A stretch of DNA of 64,000 nucleotides. It comes from Planctomycetota bacterium. Lineage in GTDB: Bacteria > Planctomycetota > UBA8108 > SXIK01. Below, piece by piece: positions 38,098 to 46,235 of this stretch. Below the pieces are notes generated by a model. The model worked only from the letters and a program-made list of their open reading frames with translations. It did no database searches and was not told the origin of the DNA. The stretch lies in contig OZ244999.1 of the NCBI GenBank assembly GCA_965223265.1, forward strand, positions 7,072,001-7,136,000, written 5' to 3'. How positions within the stretch are numbered: the first letter of the stretch is position 1; the number at the start of each line of letters is the position of its first letter. The translations under genes were made by a program, and so were the position numbers.

Positions 38098-38265
38098 GGT
38101 AGCCTCTGCAAATGGGGTCCGGCGAACGCGGCGATCGAAACTTCTACACACCGAGGGCCGTCTCTCGCCATCCTCTTGATTCTTGGCATGCGGAGCAGTG
38201 TCGACTACCCTACACCACCGCTCCGGAGACGAGCAACCACTTCAGGTGACGTAGGACCATCGATC

Positions 38266-39483
38266 ATGTCCAAAAGAACCATTGCCGTCATCGCGACACT
38301 GGACACGAAGGGTCCTGAAGCGCAATTCCTTCGCCAGCAGATCGAATCCTTCGGCCACGAAGCCTGCGTCATCGACACCGGCGTCGTCGGAGAGGCAAAC
38401 GCGCGCGCGGAGTTCAGTCGAGAAAGCGTTGCCAAAGCAGGAGGCGTACCTCTCGACGAACTCTTGAAGAATCCGAGCCGCGACCAGGCCGCACCAGTGA
38501 TGGCTGAAGGAGCGACGAAGATCCTTGTGGACCTCGTCGAGCAGAACAAGATCCATGGCGTCCTCGGGCTCGGAGGCACGCAAGGCACGACGCTCGCGTC
38601 GCATGCGATGCGGGCGCTACCATACGGCTTCCCAAAAGTCATGGTGTCGACGATGGCGTCGGGCGACGTCTCGCGCTGGGTGGACATCAAAGACGTCACG
38701 ATGATGTTCTCCGTCGCCGACATCCTCGGACTCAATCCGCTGACCCGGAAGATCCTCGCGAACGCGGCGGGCGCCGTCTGTGGCGCTGCAAGCGTCGATG
38801 TGACCCTACAGTCCGGGCGTCAACCGTTGATCGCAGTCACCACCGTCGGCATCACTACACAAGGTGCCATGCACGCCGTCAAAGTGCTCGAAGAGGCAGG
38901 CTACGAAACGATCGTCTTTCACGCGATCGGCGCCGGTGGCCGCGCCATGGAACAGTTGATGCGCGAAGGCGTCATCGGTGCCGTCCTGGACTACTCCACG
39001 ATTGAAGTCTCCAATCAGATGTATGACGCTCTCCTCGCCGCGGACGACGCTCGCCTCACCACCGCGGGGAAGCTCGGTCTGCCGCAAGTGATCTGCCCCG
39101 GCGCCATCGAAGTGCTCGTCTTCGGTGAACCGACCTCGGTCCCGGCACCTTTCAACACGCGAACCCTCATTCGTCATAGCCCACAGATCACAGACGTACG
39201 CCTTGACGCCAGCGAGATGGCTCAGGTCGGCAACGAGGTCGCCAAGCGATTGCAGCACACCGAATCTGACGCCGTCTTCATGATCCCGACAGCTGGATTC
39301 GATAGCTACGGCGTCGAAGGACAGGGGTTCCACGATCCTGCCGCGGACCGAGCTTTCACGGATGCGCTACGTGGCGGTCTCCCGCGCAATGTCGAAATCG
39401 TAGAACGTGACACTCACATCGAAGATCCGGAGTTTGCCGCCGAAGCGGCCCGCCGGCTGATCGAGCTCATCAATCCCGCTTGA
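38266..39483 (+). CDS. Tm-1-like ATP-binding domain protein (UPF0261)
   Basis: IATLDTKGPE, GGTQGT, LPYGFPKVMVSTMASG, SVADILGLN, VFHAIGAGGRAME. Confidence 0.92.
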   Translation: MSKRTIAVIATLDTKGPEAQFLRQQIESFGHEACVIDTGVVGEANARAEFSRESVAKAGGVPLDELLKNPSRDQAAPVMAEGATKILVDLVEQNKIHGVLGLGGTQGTTLASHAMRALPYGFPKVMVSTMASGDVSRWVDIKDVTMMFSVADILGLNPLTRKILANAAGAVCGAASVDVTLQSGRQPLIAVTTVGITTQGAMHAVKVLEEAGYETIVFHAIGAGGRAMEQLMREGVIGAVLDYSTIEVSNQMYDALLAADDARLTTAGKLGLPQVICPGAIEVLVFGEPTSVPAPFNTRTLIRHSPQITDVRLDASEMAQVGNEVAKRLQHTESDAVFMIPTAGFDSYGVEGQGFHDPAADRAFTDALRGGLPRNVEIVERDTHIEDPEFAAEAARRLIELINPA

Positions 39484-39491
39484 GGCTTCCT

Positions 39492-40337
39492 GTGGCAATA
39501 CGATATACACGCGAAGAATTCTTGAAGCGCCTGCGCAATCAGATCTCCCAACGCCAACCTCTCGTCATGACAGGAGCCGGGAGCGGCATCTGCGCCAAGT
39601 TTATCGAACGTGGCGGTGTCGACATCCTCGGCGTCTACAACACCGGGTACTTCCGCATGCAGGGCTACGGCTCGCTTGCAGGAATGTTACCAATGGCAGA
39701 TGCCAACCAGATGGTCTATGACATTGGCCGTCGCGAAGTCCTGCCGCAAGCTAGGGAAGTTCCTGTCGTCGCCGGACTCAATGGCGTCGACGTGCTGCGG
39801 GACATGAGGCTGTTCTTGGAAGATTGTTCGCGCATCGGCTATAGCGGTGTGCACAACTTCCCCACTGTCGCCTGGTTCGACGGCGAGTTTCGACGCACAC
39901 TCGAAGGAACAGGCCTCGGATACGAACACGAAATCCGCATGCTCAACACAGCGCGCGAGCTGGATCTATTGACGATCGGCTACGCGTTCAACGAAGAAGA
40001 CACACGCCGCATCATGAACGAGTCTGCTCCGGACATCTTCATCTTCCATGCCGGCATCACCCGCGGCGGCACGACGGGATACGGAGGCGGCGCTTCGATT
40101 GAGGACACCGCGACTCGCAGCCAGCACCACTACGACATTGCGAAGGCGGTCAAACCGGACGTGATTCTCTTGGCGCATGGCGCGGCCATCACTGATCCTG
40201 AAGATGCGCAGTACATGCTCGAGCACACCGAATGTCACGGGGTTCAACTCGGGTCGAGTGTCGAACGTATGGCGATGGAGGGTCCTCTCGAAGAGCGAGC
40301 CGCGGCGTTTAAGCGCGTCCGCTTTCCTTCTTCGTGA
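39492..40337 (+). CDS. Phosphoenolpyruvate hydrolase-like TIM-barrel protein
   Basis: GAGSGICAKF, YNTGYFRMQGYGSLAGMLP, HNFPTV, HGAAITDPEDA, GSSVER. Confidence 0.9.
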   Translation: MAIRYTREEFLKRLRNQISQRQPLVMTGAGSGICAKFIERGGVDILGVYNTGYFRMQGYGSLAGMLPMADANQMVYDIGRREVLPQAREVPVVAGLNGVDVLRDMRLFLEDCSRIGYSGVHNFPTVAWFDGEFRRTLEGTGLGYEHEIRMLNTARELDLLTIGYAFNEEDTRRIMNESAPDIFIFHAGITRGGTTGYGGGASIEDTATRSQHHYDIAKAVKPDVILLAHGAAITDPEDAQYMLEHTECHGVQLGSSVERMAMEGPLEERAAAFKRVRFPSS

Positions 40338-40364
40338 ACCCGTCGTCGAAGACCCCATCTGCGT

Positions 40365-42263
40365 TCACGTGGCACCGTGAACATCCCCGCCGGAGTGCGG
40401 ACTTGGTGCAGTGGATAGACGCTCGAAAACGATACGTCCGAGACGCTTGCCGACGACTTCGGCGATCTGCTCCTCGGAGGCTTCTCGGAGCTTTCTTAGC
40501 GTTCCGAACTTGTCGATAAGCATCTGCTGACGCTTCTTGCCGATGCCAGGGATCTCTTCAAGTCCCGTGCGAAGAGTCGCCTTCTTACGCAGCTGACGAT
40601 GATATTGAATCGCAAAACGATGCGCCTCATCGCGAATACGCTGTAGCAAAAGGCTCTCCGCTGACTCTTGCGGTATGGGCAGAGGGTCCGAGCGACCGGC
40701 GACAAACACGCGCTCAGTGGTCCCTTTGCGGCGCCGTTCTTTGGCGAGACTCGCAACTGCTACACGCCCGTCGAGATCGTTTTCACGCAACAGCTTGACG
40801 GCAACGCCCAGTTGCCCCTTACCGCCATCGATCAACATGAGGTCTGGGAGATCGTCGTCTGCGATGCCCGACTTGATACGGCGCGTGAGGACTTCCTCCA
40901 TGCAGCGAAAGTCGTCAGCACCAACCACCGTTTGAATTCGGTACTTTCGATATCGATCCTTCACCGGTTTGCCGTCTTCGAAGTAAACGAGGGATCCGAC
41001 CGCAAGCGAGCCTTGAAAATTCGAAATGTCGAAACACTCGATGCGCCGCGGAGTCCACGCCATCGACAGGAGCTCCGCGAGGGACGCAAGCACTGCGCCG
41101 GCACGCTCCTCCTCCGACCGACTCATAGTAAAAGCGTTACGACAATTCTTGCGTGCCATCTCGATCAATCTCACGCCGCGGCCACGCTTCGGCACGACGA
41201 CGCGCACCTTAGACCCGCGTTTTTCGCTCAACCAACCTTCCATGATCGGGAGATCTGCAAACTCGTGGTCACACAGCACTTCACGCGGCACGTAGCGTTC
41301 ACGCAGGTAGAACTGGGCAAGAAAGCTCGCTAAGACCTCCTCGCAGTTCAGGTTCGTGCGGAACGTATGGCAATGTGAATTCACGATCCTTCCTTCTCGA
41401 ACGAGGATCTCCTGCACTGCCACGACTCCACCTTCGTCGACCGTCGCAAAGATGTCGCGATCGCCGCGCCCCCACTCTTGAGCTTTCTGCGATTCGAAGG
41501 TCTTGCGAATCGCAGCGATCTGGTCACGGTACCGAGCCGCGAGCTCGTAGCTCCGGCTTTCAGCTGCAGCTTGCATCTTCTGCTCCAGATGAGCGATCAG
41601 TTCCGCGTTGCGTCCTTTCAGGAAGAGGATGACTTCCTCGACATCCTTTCGATAGTCTTCCTCGGAGATGAAATCGACGCACGGAGCAGTACAGCGTCCA
41701 ATTTCATACTCGATGCAGGCTCGGTCACGATTGGCGAAAAAGCTGTTCGTGCATGTGCGAAGAGGGAAGACCGTCTTGATCACCCGGAGCATTTCGCGCA
41801 CTGCCACAGCTGAGCCATAGGGTCCAAAGTAGAGATTGCCGTCCTTCTTGTATCTGCGGGTGACGAAAACGCGCGGCCATTTCTCCGAAGTCGTGACCTT
41901 GATGCTGACGTACGACTTGTCGTCCTTGAGTCGCACGTTGTATACGGGTCGGTGTTTCTTGATGAGGTTGTTTTCGAGGATGAGCGCTTCAGTCTCAGAG
42001 TCGGTGACGATGCAGTCGACGTCGGCGATGCGACCAACGAGAAAACTGTAGAACGCGCGAGAGTCAGCCGAACTCTTTCCGAGATACGAACGCACTCGTG
42101 AACGGAGGTTGACGGCCTTGCCGATATAGATGATACGGCTCGAAGCATCCTTCATGATGTAGACGCCCGGCGAAGCCGGAAATCGACTCACTTTATCGAG
42201 CACATCCTGTGGCACATTGGAGGATGTTCGGCCGGTGAGGTTACCGGCATTGTTTTCGTTCAT
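40365..42263 (-). CDS. uvrC: Excinuclease ABC subunit C
   Basis: GIY-YIG (PGVYIM, YIGKAVNLRSRVRSY), UVR domain, RIECFDISN, IDGGKGQ, RDEAHRFAI, HhH. Confidence 0.97.
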   Translation of the reverse strand: MNENNAGNLTGRTSSNVPQDVLDKVSRFPASPGVYIMKDASSRIIYIGKAVNLRSRVRSYLGKSSADSRAFYSFLVGRIADVDCIVTDSETEALILENNLIKKHRPVYNVRLKDDKSYVSIKVTTSEKWPRVFVTRRYKKDGNLYFGPYGSAVAVREMLRVIKTVFPLRTCTNSFFANRDRACIEYEIGRCTAPCVDFISEEDYRKDVEEVILFLKGRNAELIAHLEQKMQAAAESRSYELAARYRDQIAAIRKTFESQKAQEWGRGDRDIFATVDEGGVVAVQEILVREGRIVNSHCHTFRTNLNCEEVLASFLAQFYLRERYVPREVLCDHEFADLPIMEGWLSEKRGSKVRVVVPKRGRGVRLIEMARKNCRNAFTMSRSEEERAGAVLASLAELLSMAWTPRRIECFDISNFQGSLAVGSLVYFEDGKPVKDRYRKYRIQTVVGADDFRCMEEVLTRRIKSGIADDDLPDLMLIDGGKGQLGVAVKLLRENDLDGRVAVASLAKERRRKGTTERVFVAGRSDPLPIPQESAESLLLQRIRDEAHRFAIQYHRQLRKKATLRTGLEEIPGIGKKRQQMLIDKFGTLRKLREASEEQIAEVVGKRLGRIVFERLSTAPSPHSGGDVHGAT

Positions 42264-42413
42264 TCGACGGTCAAAGGTTCGCAGTGGCAGCCTGAGTTAC
42301 TTCAAGTATCGACGCAGCCTCGACAAGCATGAAGCACATCGCTTCTCCTCATGAATGGCCGGTCCGGCGATCAGCCGCTCCGATAAGCCGGCCAGGCAAC
42401 CATCGCCATCGGT

Positions 42414-42442
42414 TTGACGCTATCCGGTGCCAATGCTACGCT
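42414..42442 (+). promoter_or_regulatory. Putative sigma70 promoter for the MshEN-protein gene (and possibly mutS)
   Basis: TTGACG-N17-TACGCT about 100 nt upstream of ATG 42540. Confidence 0.45.
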
Positions 42443-42539
42443 TCCCTGGATGAACCGCGCAATGACGCGGGCCTCGGAACGTAGAGCTGCCGTTAGTCTA
42501 CGAGATCTCGTCTTCGGCTTCGCCCTCAAACAAAACACC

Positions 42540-43184
42540 ATGGCCACTGCACGAACCCATCGTCGATTCGGCGAAATCCTCCTCGACGAAGGACTCCTTT
42601 CGCCGGACCAACTGGACGAAGCACTCGACATCCAGCAGCGCACCGGCGAGGTGTTGGGCCTCATCCTCAAAGACATGGGGCTGGTCACCGAATCCGACAT
42701 CGCCAAGATCGTCTGCATTCAGTACCAGCTGCCGTTTTTGAGCCTGTCGAACTACGAGATGGACAAGAAGCTCGTCGAGCTCTTCGATCCGATTTTTCTC
42801 CACAAACATCGCATGCTGCCTTTCGATCAGGTGGGTCGGACGCTGCTCATTCTGGTGACGGAGATCCCGGACGAGCGCGCGCTCGCCGAGATTCCGAGCC
42901 GGACCGGCCTCAATGCTGCTCTCTACGTCGGCTTTACCTCCGAAGTCGAAGGCCAACTGAATATCCTGTCGCCGCTCCCCGAAGAAGAGAAGAAAAAGAA
43001 GAAGGCGGCGGAAGCCGCGCGGGTGCGCGCCGCGCAGCATCAGGACGAAGAAGAGGAGGACGACGAAGCCCTCTTCGGCTCCGACGGCGAGTCTCTCCTG
43101 CAAGAGCTCGATTCCACCTGGGACTCGATCTTCGAGCAGCTCGACACTGGCGAAGGCGACGACGAATCCAAGACCGAAGAGTGA
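42540..43184 (+). CDS. Stand-alone MshEN/T2SSE_N domain protein with acidic tail
   Basis: RFGEILLDEGLLSPDQLDEALDIQ and VLGLILKDMGLV tandem motifs; no ATPase domain; D/E-rich C-terminus. Confidence 0.8.
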   Translation: MATARTHRRFGEILLDEGLLSPDQLDEALDIQQRTGEVLGLILKDMGLVTESDIAKIVCIQYQLPFLSLSNYEMDKKLVELFDPIFLHKHRMLPFDQVGRTLLILVTEIPDERALAEIPSRTGLNAALYVGFTSEVEGQLNILSPLPEEEKKKKKAAEAARVRAAQHQDEEEEDDEALFGSDGESLLQELDSTWDSIFEQLDTGEGDDESKTEE

Positions 43185-43349
43185 TCTTCGCGCCACCCAC
43201 GTCCCTTGCCATTCGTCGATCTCACGCCTACAATTCGCCGATCTGATCCGACTCATTCATGGGATCCGCGCCAGGTGCCGACATAGCGTGTTGACCGTCA
43301 GTGCGCTGTCGCGACCACGTGCCGATCCTGCCGTATTGACCGAAGGCGA

Positions 43350-45986
43350 ATGATCGAGGCGAAGCACGACCAAAGTGCGATGGCGACGCCGATGATGCGT
43401 CAGTACCTCGCCATCAAAGAGAAACACCCTCGCGAGATTCTCTTTTTCCGCATGGGGGACTTCTACGAGATGTTCCTCGACGACGCTGAAGAGGCCTCCG
43501 AGCTCCTCGGGCTCACGTTGACGTCGCGCTCGAAAGAGAAGGGCAGCATCCCGATGGCCGGCATTCCCGTTCGCGCCGTCGATTCATATCTGCCGAAGCT
43601 TCTCCGCGCCGGCCGACGTGTCGCTATCTGCGAGCAGGTCGAAGATCCAAAGGATGCGAAGGGACTTGTCGAGCGCGACGTCGTTCGGGTGATCTCGCCA
43701 GGAACCATCACAGACGAGAAACTCATCGGTGAAAAATCGAGCAACTACCTGGCCGCGATCGCTATCTCCAAGCCAGGGTTCGGTCTGGCATGGATCGACG
43801 TCAGTACAGGCAGATTCCACATCTGGGAAGTCGAGGACCCCAATGCGATCCTTGCGGAACTCGGGCGCATCGAACCCGCCGAGATCCTGCTTCCCGAGTC
43901 TATAGCGTTCGATTTAGAGTCAAACAAGCTGCTGCACGAAGCTTTGAGCGACGTGGTGCAGACGCCATACCCCGACCCGCTCTTCGGCCGCGACACGGCC
44001 TACCGCTGCCTGACGGAACACTTCGGCGTCCACACGCTGGAAGGGTTCGGCTGTGATCACTATCACGCCGCGATTCAGGCCGGCGGTGGTCTTTTACGGT
44101 ACGTACTTGAGACACAAAAGAACGCGCTGAGTCATGTCGCGAAGGTGTCCCCGTTCCGTCACCAGCAGCATTTGCCGATTGACCAAGCGACACGACGCGC
44201 CCTGGAGCTCACACAGACTTACCGAGGCGGCCATCGTGCGGGGACCTTACTCTCTTGCCTAGACCGAAGCTCCACGGCGATGGGAGGACGCTGCCTGCGC
44301 GAATGGCTCGTGTCTCCGCTCACCGACGTCGACGAAATCGTCCGGCGCCAAGATGCTGTTGCCGAGTTCGCGGCCGACGCCGATCTGCGCCGCACGGTGA
44401 TCGATCTGCTGCGCCAAGTCCACGACCTTGAACGACTGTGCACAAGGATCAGTTACGGAAGCGCCAACGCCAGAGATCTCAACGCGCTCGCACGTACGCT
44501 GCAGGTCGTACCGCAGCTGAGAGATACACTCGCGCAACGCGAGCCACAGTTGTTTCAGACTGCTGTGGATCAACTCGTCGTTCCGGAAGGCCTGGCCGAG
44601 GAAATTGAGCGCGCCATCGTCGACGACCCGCCATTACCCATCCGTGATGGCGGCATGATTCGAGACGGCTATGACGACGAGCTCGACGAAACGCGAGAGA
44701 TCGCGACTCAAGGCACTCGTTGGATCGCCCAATTCCAGCGACGTGAGATCGAACGCACGGGAATTCCGTCGCTCAAGATTGGCTACAACAAGGTCTTTGG
44801 CTACTACATCGAAGTGACAAACACGCACCAAGACAAGGTGCCAGAAGAATACATTCGCAAGCAGACGCTGAAGAACTGCGAACGCTACCTGACTGCTGAT
44901 CTCAAGGAGTACGAATCGAAGCTCCTCAACGCGAAGGAACGGGCCGTCGAGATCGAGTATCGACTCTTTTGCTCGCTTCGCGATCGTACTGTCGAGCATA
45001 TCTCTCTCTTTCAACAAATCGCACAGGTTGTCGCCGAGATCGACGTCCTGGCGACGTTCGGTCGGCTCGCGGCCGAGCGCGGCTACGTCAGGCCCACGGT
45101 CAATGACAGTCGCAGACTGATGATCGAAGATGGTCGTCACCCCGTCGTCGAGGAGTTCGTCGGTGATTCGAGGTTCGTCCCGAATTCAGTGTCGCTCGAC
45201 AGCGACAAATACATCATGGTGATCACTGGGCCGAACATGGCCGGCAAATCGACCTACATCCGGCAAGTCGCGATCCTCACACTGCTCGCTCAAACGGGAA
45301 GTTTCATCCCGGCGGCCAATGCAGAAATCGGAGTCGTCGACCGCATCTTCAGCCGCGTTGGAGCCGCTGACGATCTGACGCGTGGGCAGTCGACGTTCAT
45401 GGTCGAAATGACCGAAACCGCGAACATTCTCAACAACGCGACCGAGCGCAGCTTGATCATCCTCGATGAAGTGGGACGCGGTACCAGCACGTTCGACGGT
45501 GTGAGCTTGGCATGGGCGATCACGGAGCACCTGGCCGAACAGTCAAAGTGTCGGACTCTGTTTGCGACGCACTACCACGAGCTCACGGCACTGACGACGA
45601 CCCTGCCAAACGTCGCCAACTTCAACTTCTCCGTCAAGGAGTGGAACGATGAGATCATTTTCCTGCGCAAAATCGTCGACGGCGGAGCCGACAAGAGCTA
45701 CGGCATTCACGTCGCCCGGTTGGCTGGCATACCGAAGGAAGTGCTCGAGAGGGCACGCGAAATACTCTCGAATCTAGAGTCTCAAGCGTTCGATCTCCAC
45801 GACCAACCTCGCCTGGCGCAGAAGAGCCAACGACACGATCGCAGCGCGACTGCACCCCTCCAGCTCGATTTCTTTCGCAGCGCCAATGAAGCGATTCTCG
45901 AAGAGCTGAAGAACGCCAACCTCGACGAGATGACACCGCTCGCGGCGCTGCAGTTCCTCGCTGAAGTCCAACCTCGGATTGTCTAA
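43350..45986 (+). CDS. mutS: DNA mismatch repair protein MutS
   Basis: TPMMRQY, FFRMGDFYEMF, TGPNMAGKSTY, STFMVEM, DEVGRGT, ATHYHEL, SYGIHVA. Confidence 0.98.
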   Translation: MIEAKHDQSAMATPMMRQYLAIKEKHPREILFFRMGDFYEMFLDDAEEASELLGLTLTSRSKEKGSIPMAGIPVRAVDSYLPKLLRAGRRVAICEQVEDPKDAKGLVERDVVRVISPGTITDEKLIGEKSSNYLAAIAISKPGFGLAWIDVSTGRFHIWEVEDPNAILAELGRIEPAEILLPESIAFDLESNKLLHEALSDVVQTPYPDPLFGRDTAYRCLTEHFGVHTLEGFGCDHYHAAIQAGGGLLRYVLETQKNALSHVAKVSPFRHQQHLPIDQATRRALELTQTYRGGHRAGTLLSCLDRSSTAMGGRCLREWLVSPLTDVDEIVRRQDAVAEFAADADLRRTVIDLLRQVHDLERLCTRISYGSANARDLNALARTLQVVPQLRDTLAQREPQLFQTAVDQLVVPEGLAEEIERAIVDDPPLPIRDGGMIRDGYDDELDETREIATQGTRWIAQFQRREIERTGIPSLKIGYNKVFGYYIEVTNTHQDKVPEEYIRKQTLKNCERYLTADLKEYESKLLNAKERAVEIEYRLFCSLRDRTVEHISLFQQIAQVVAEIDVLATFGRLAAERGYVRPTVNDSRRLMIEDGRHPVVEEFVGDSRFVPNSVSLDSDKYIMVITGPNMAGKSTYIRQVAILTLLAQTGSFIPAANAEIGVVDRIFSRVGAADDLTRGQSTFMVEMTETANILNNATERSLIILDEVGRGTSTFDGVSLAWAITEHLAEQSKCRTLFATHYHELTALTTTLPNVANFNFSVKEWNDEIIFLRKIVDGGADKSYGIHVARLAGIPKEVLERAREILSNLESQAFDLHDQPRLAQKSQRHDRSATAPLQLDFFRSANEAILEELKNANLDEMTPLAALQFLAEVQPRIV

Positions 45987-46081
45987 CCGAGGCCAAACTG
46001 AGCCTCACCTCCGTCTGACCTCTCATGCCGGTTCCGCGCCTCCGTCCTGATCAATCGGGCAGAAGAAAACGAAAGGGACCC

Positions 46082-46127
46082 CAACCGACTGTCTTGAACG
46101 CTGTTTTTCAGCGTGGTCAATTGGTTG
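46082..46127. terminator. Extended hairpin between convergent mutS and kinase genes, possible terminator
   Basis: Outer stem CAACCGACTG/CAATTGGTTG (9/10 with G-U); inner perfect stem ACGCTG-TTTTT-CAGCGT. Confidence 0.4.
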
Positions 46128-46235
46128 AAGTCTTGCGGGAAGAATTCTCTCCGCAGACTCCGACGAGCTCCGTAGAGCAAGAGTGAACGGTGCAATCAGC
46201 GTCCGTTGAGTGGGCCTGGCGCCACGCTCTCTTCG

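Noticed and set aside
37408-38265. N-terminal extension of the 691-aa ORF
   Set aside because: It is the antisense shadow of the propeller gene; family similarity starts at MSKRTIAVIATLDTK (38266).
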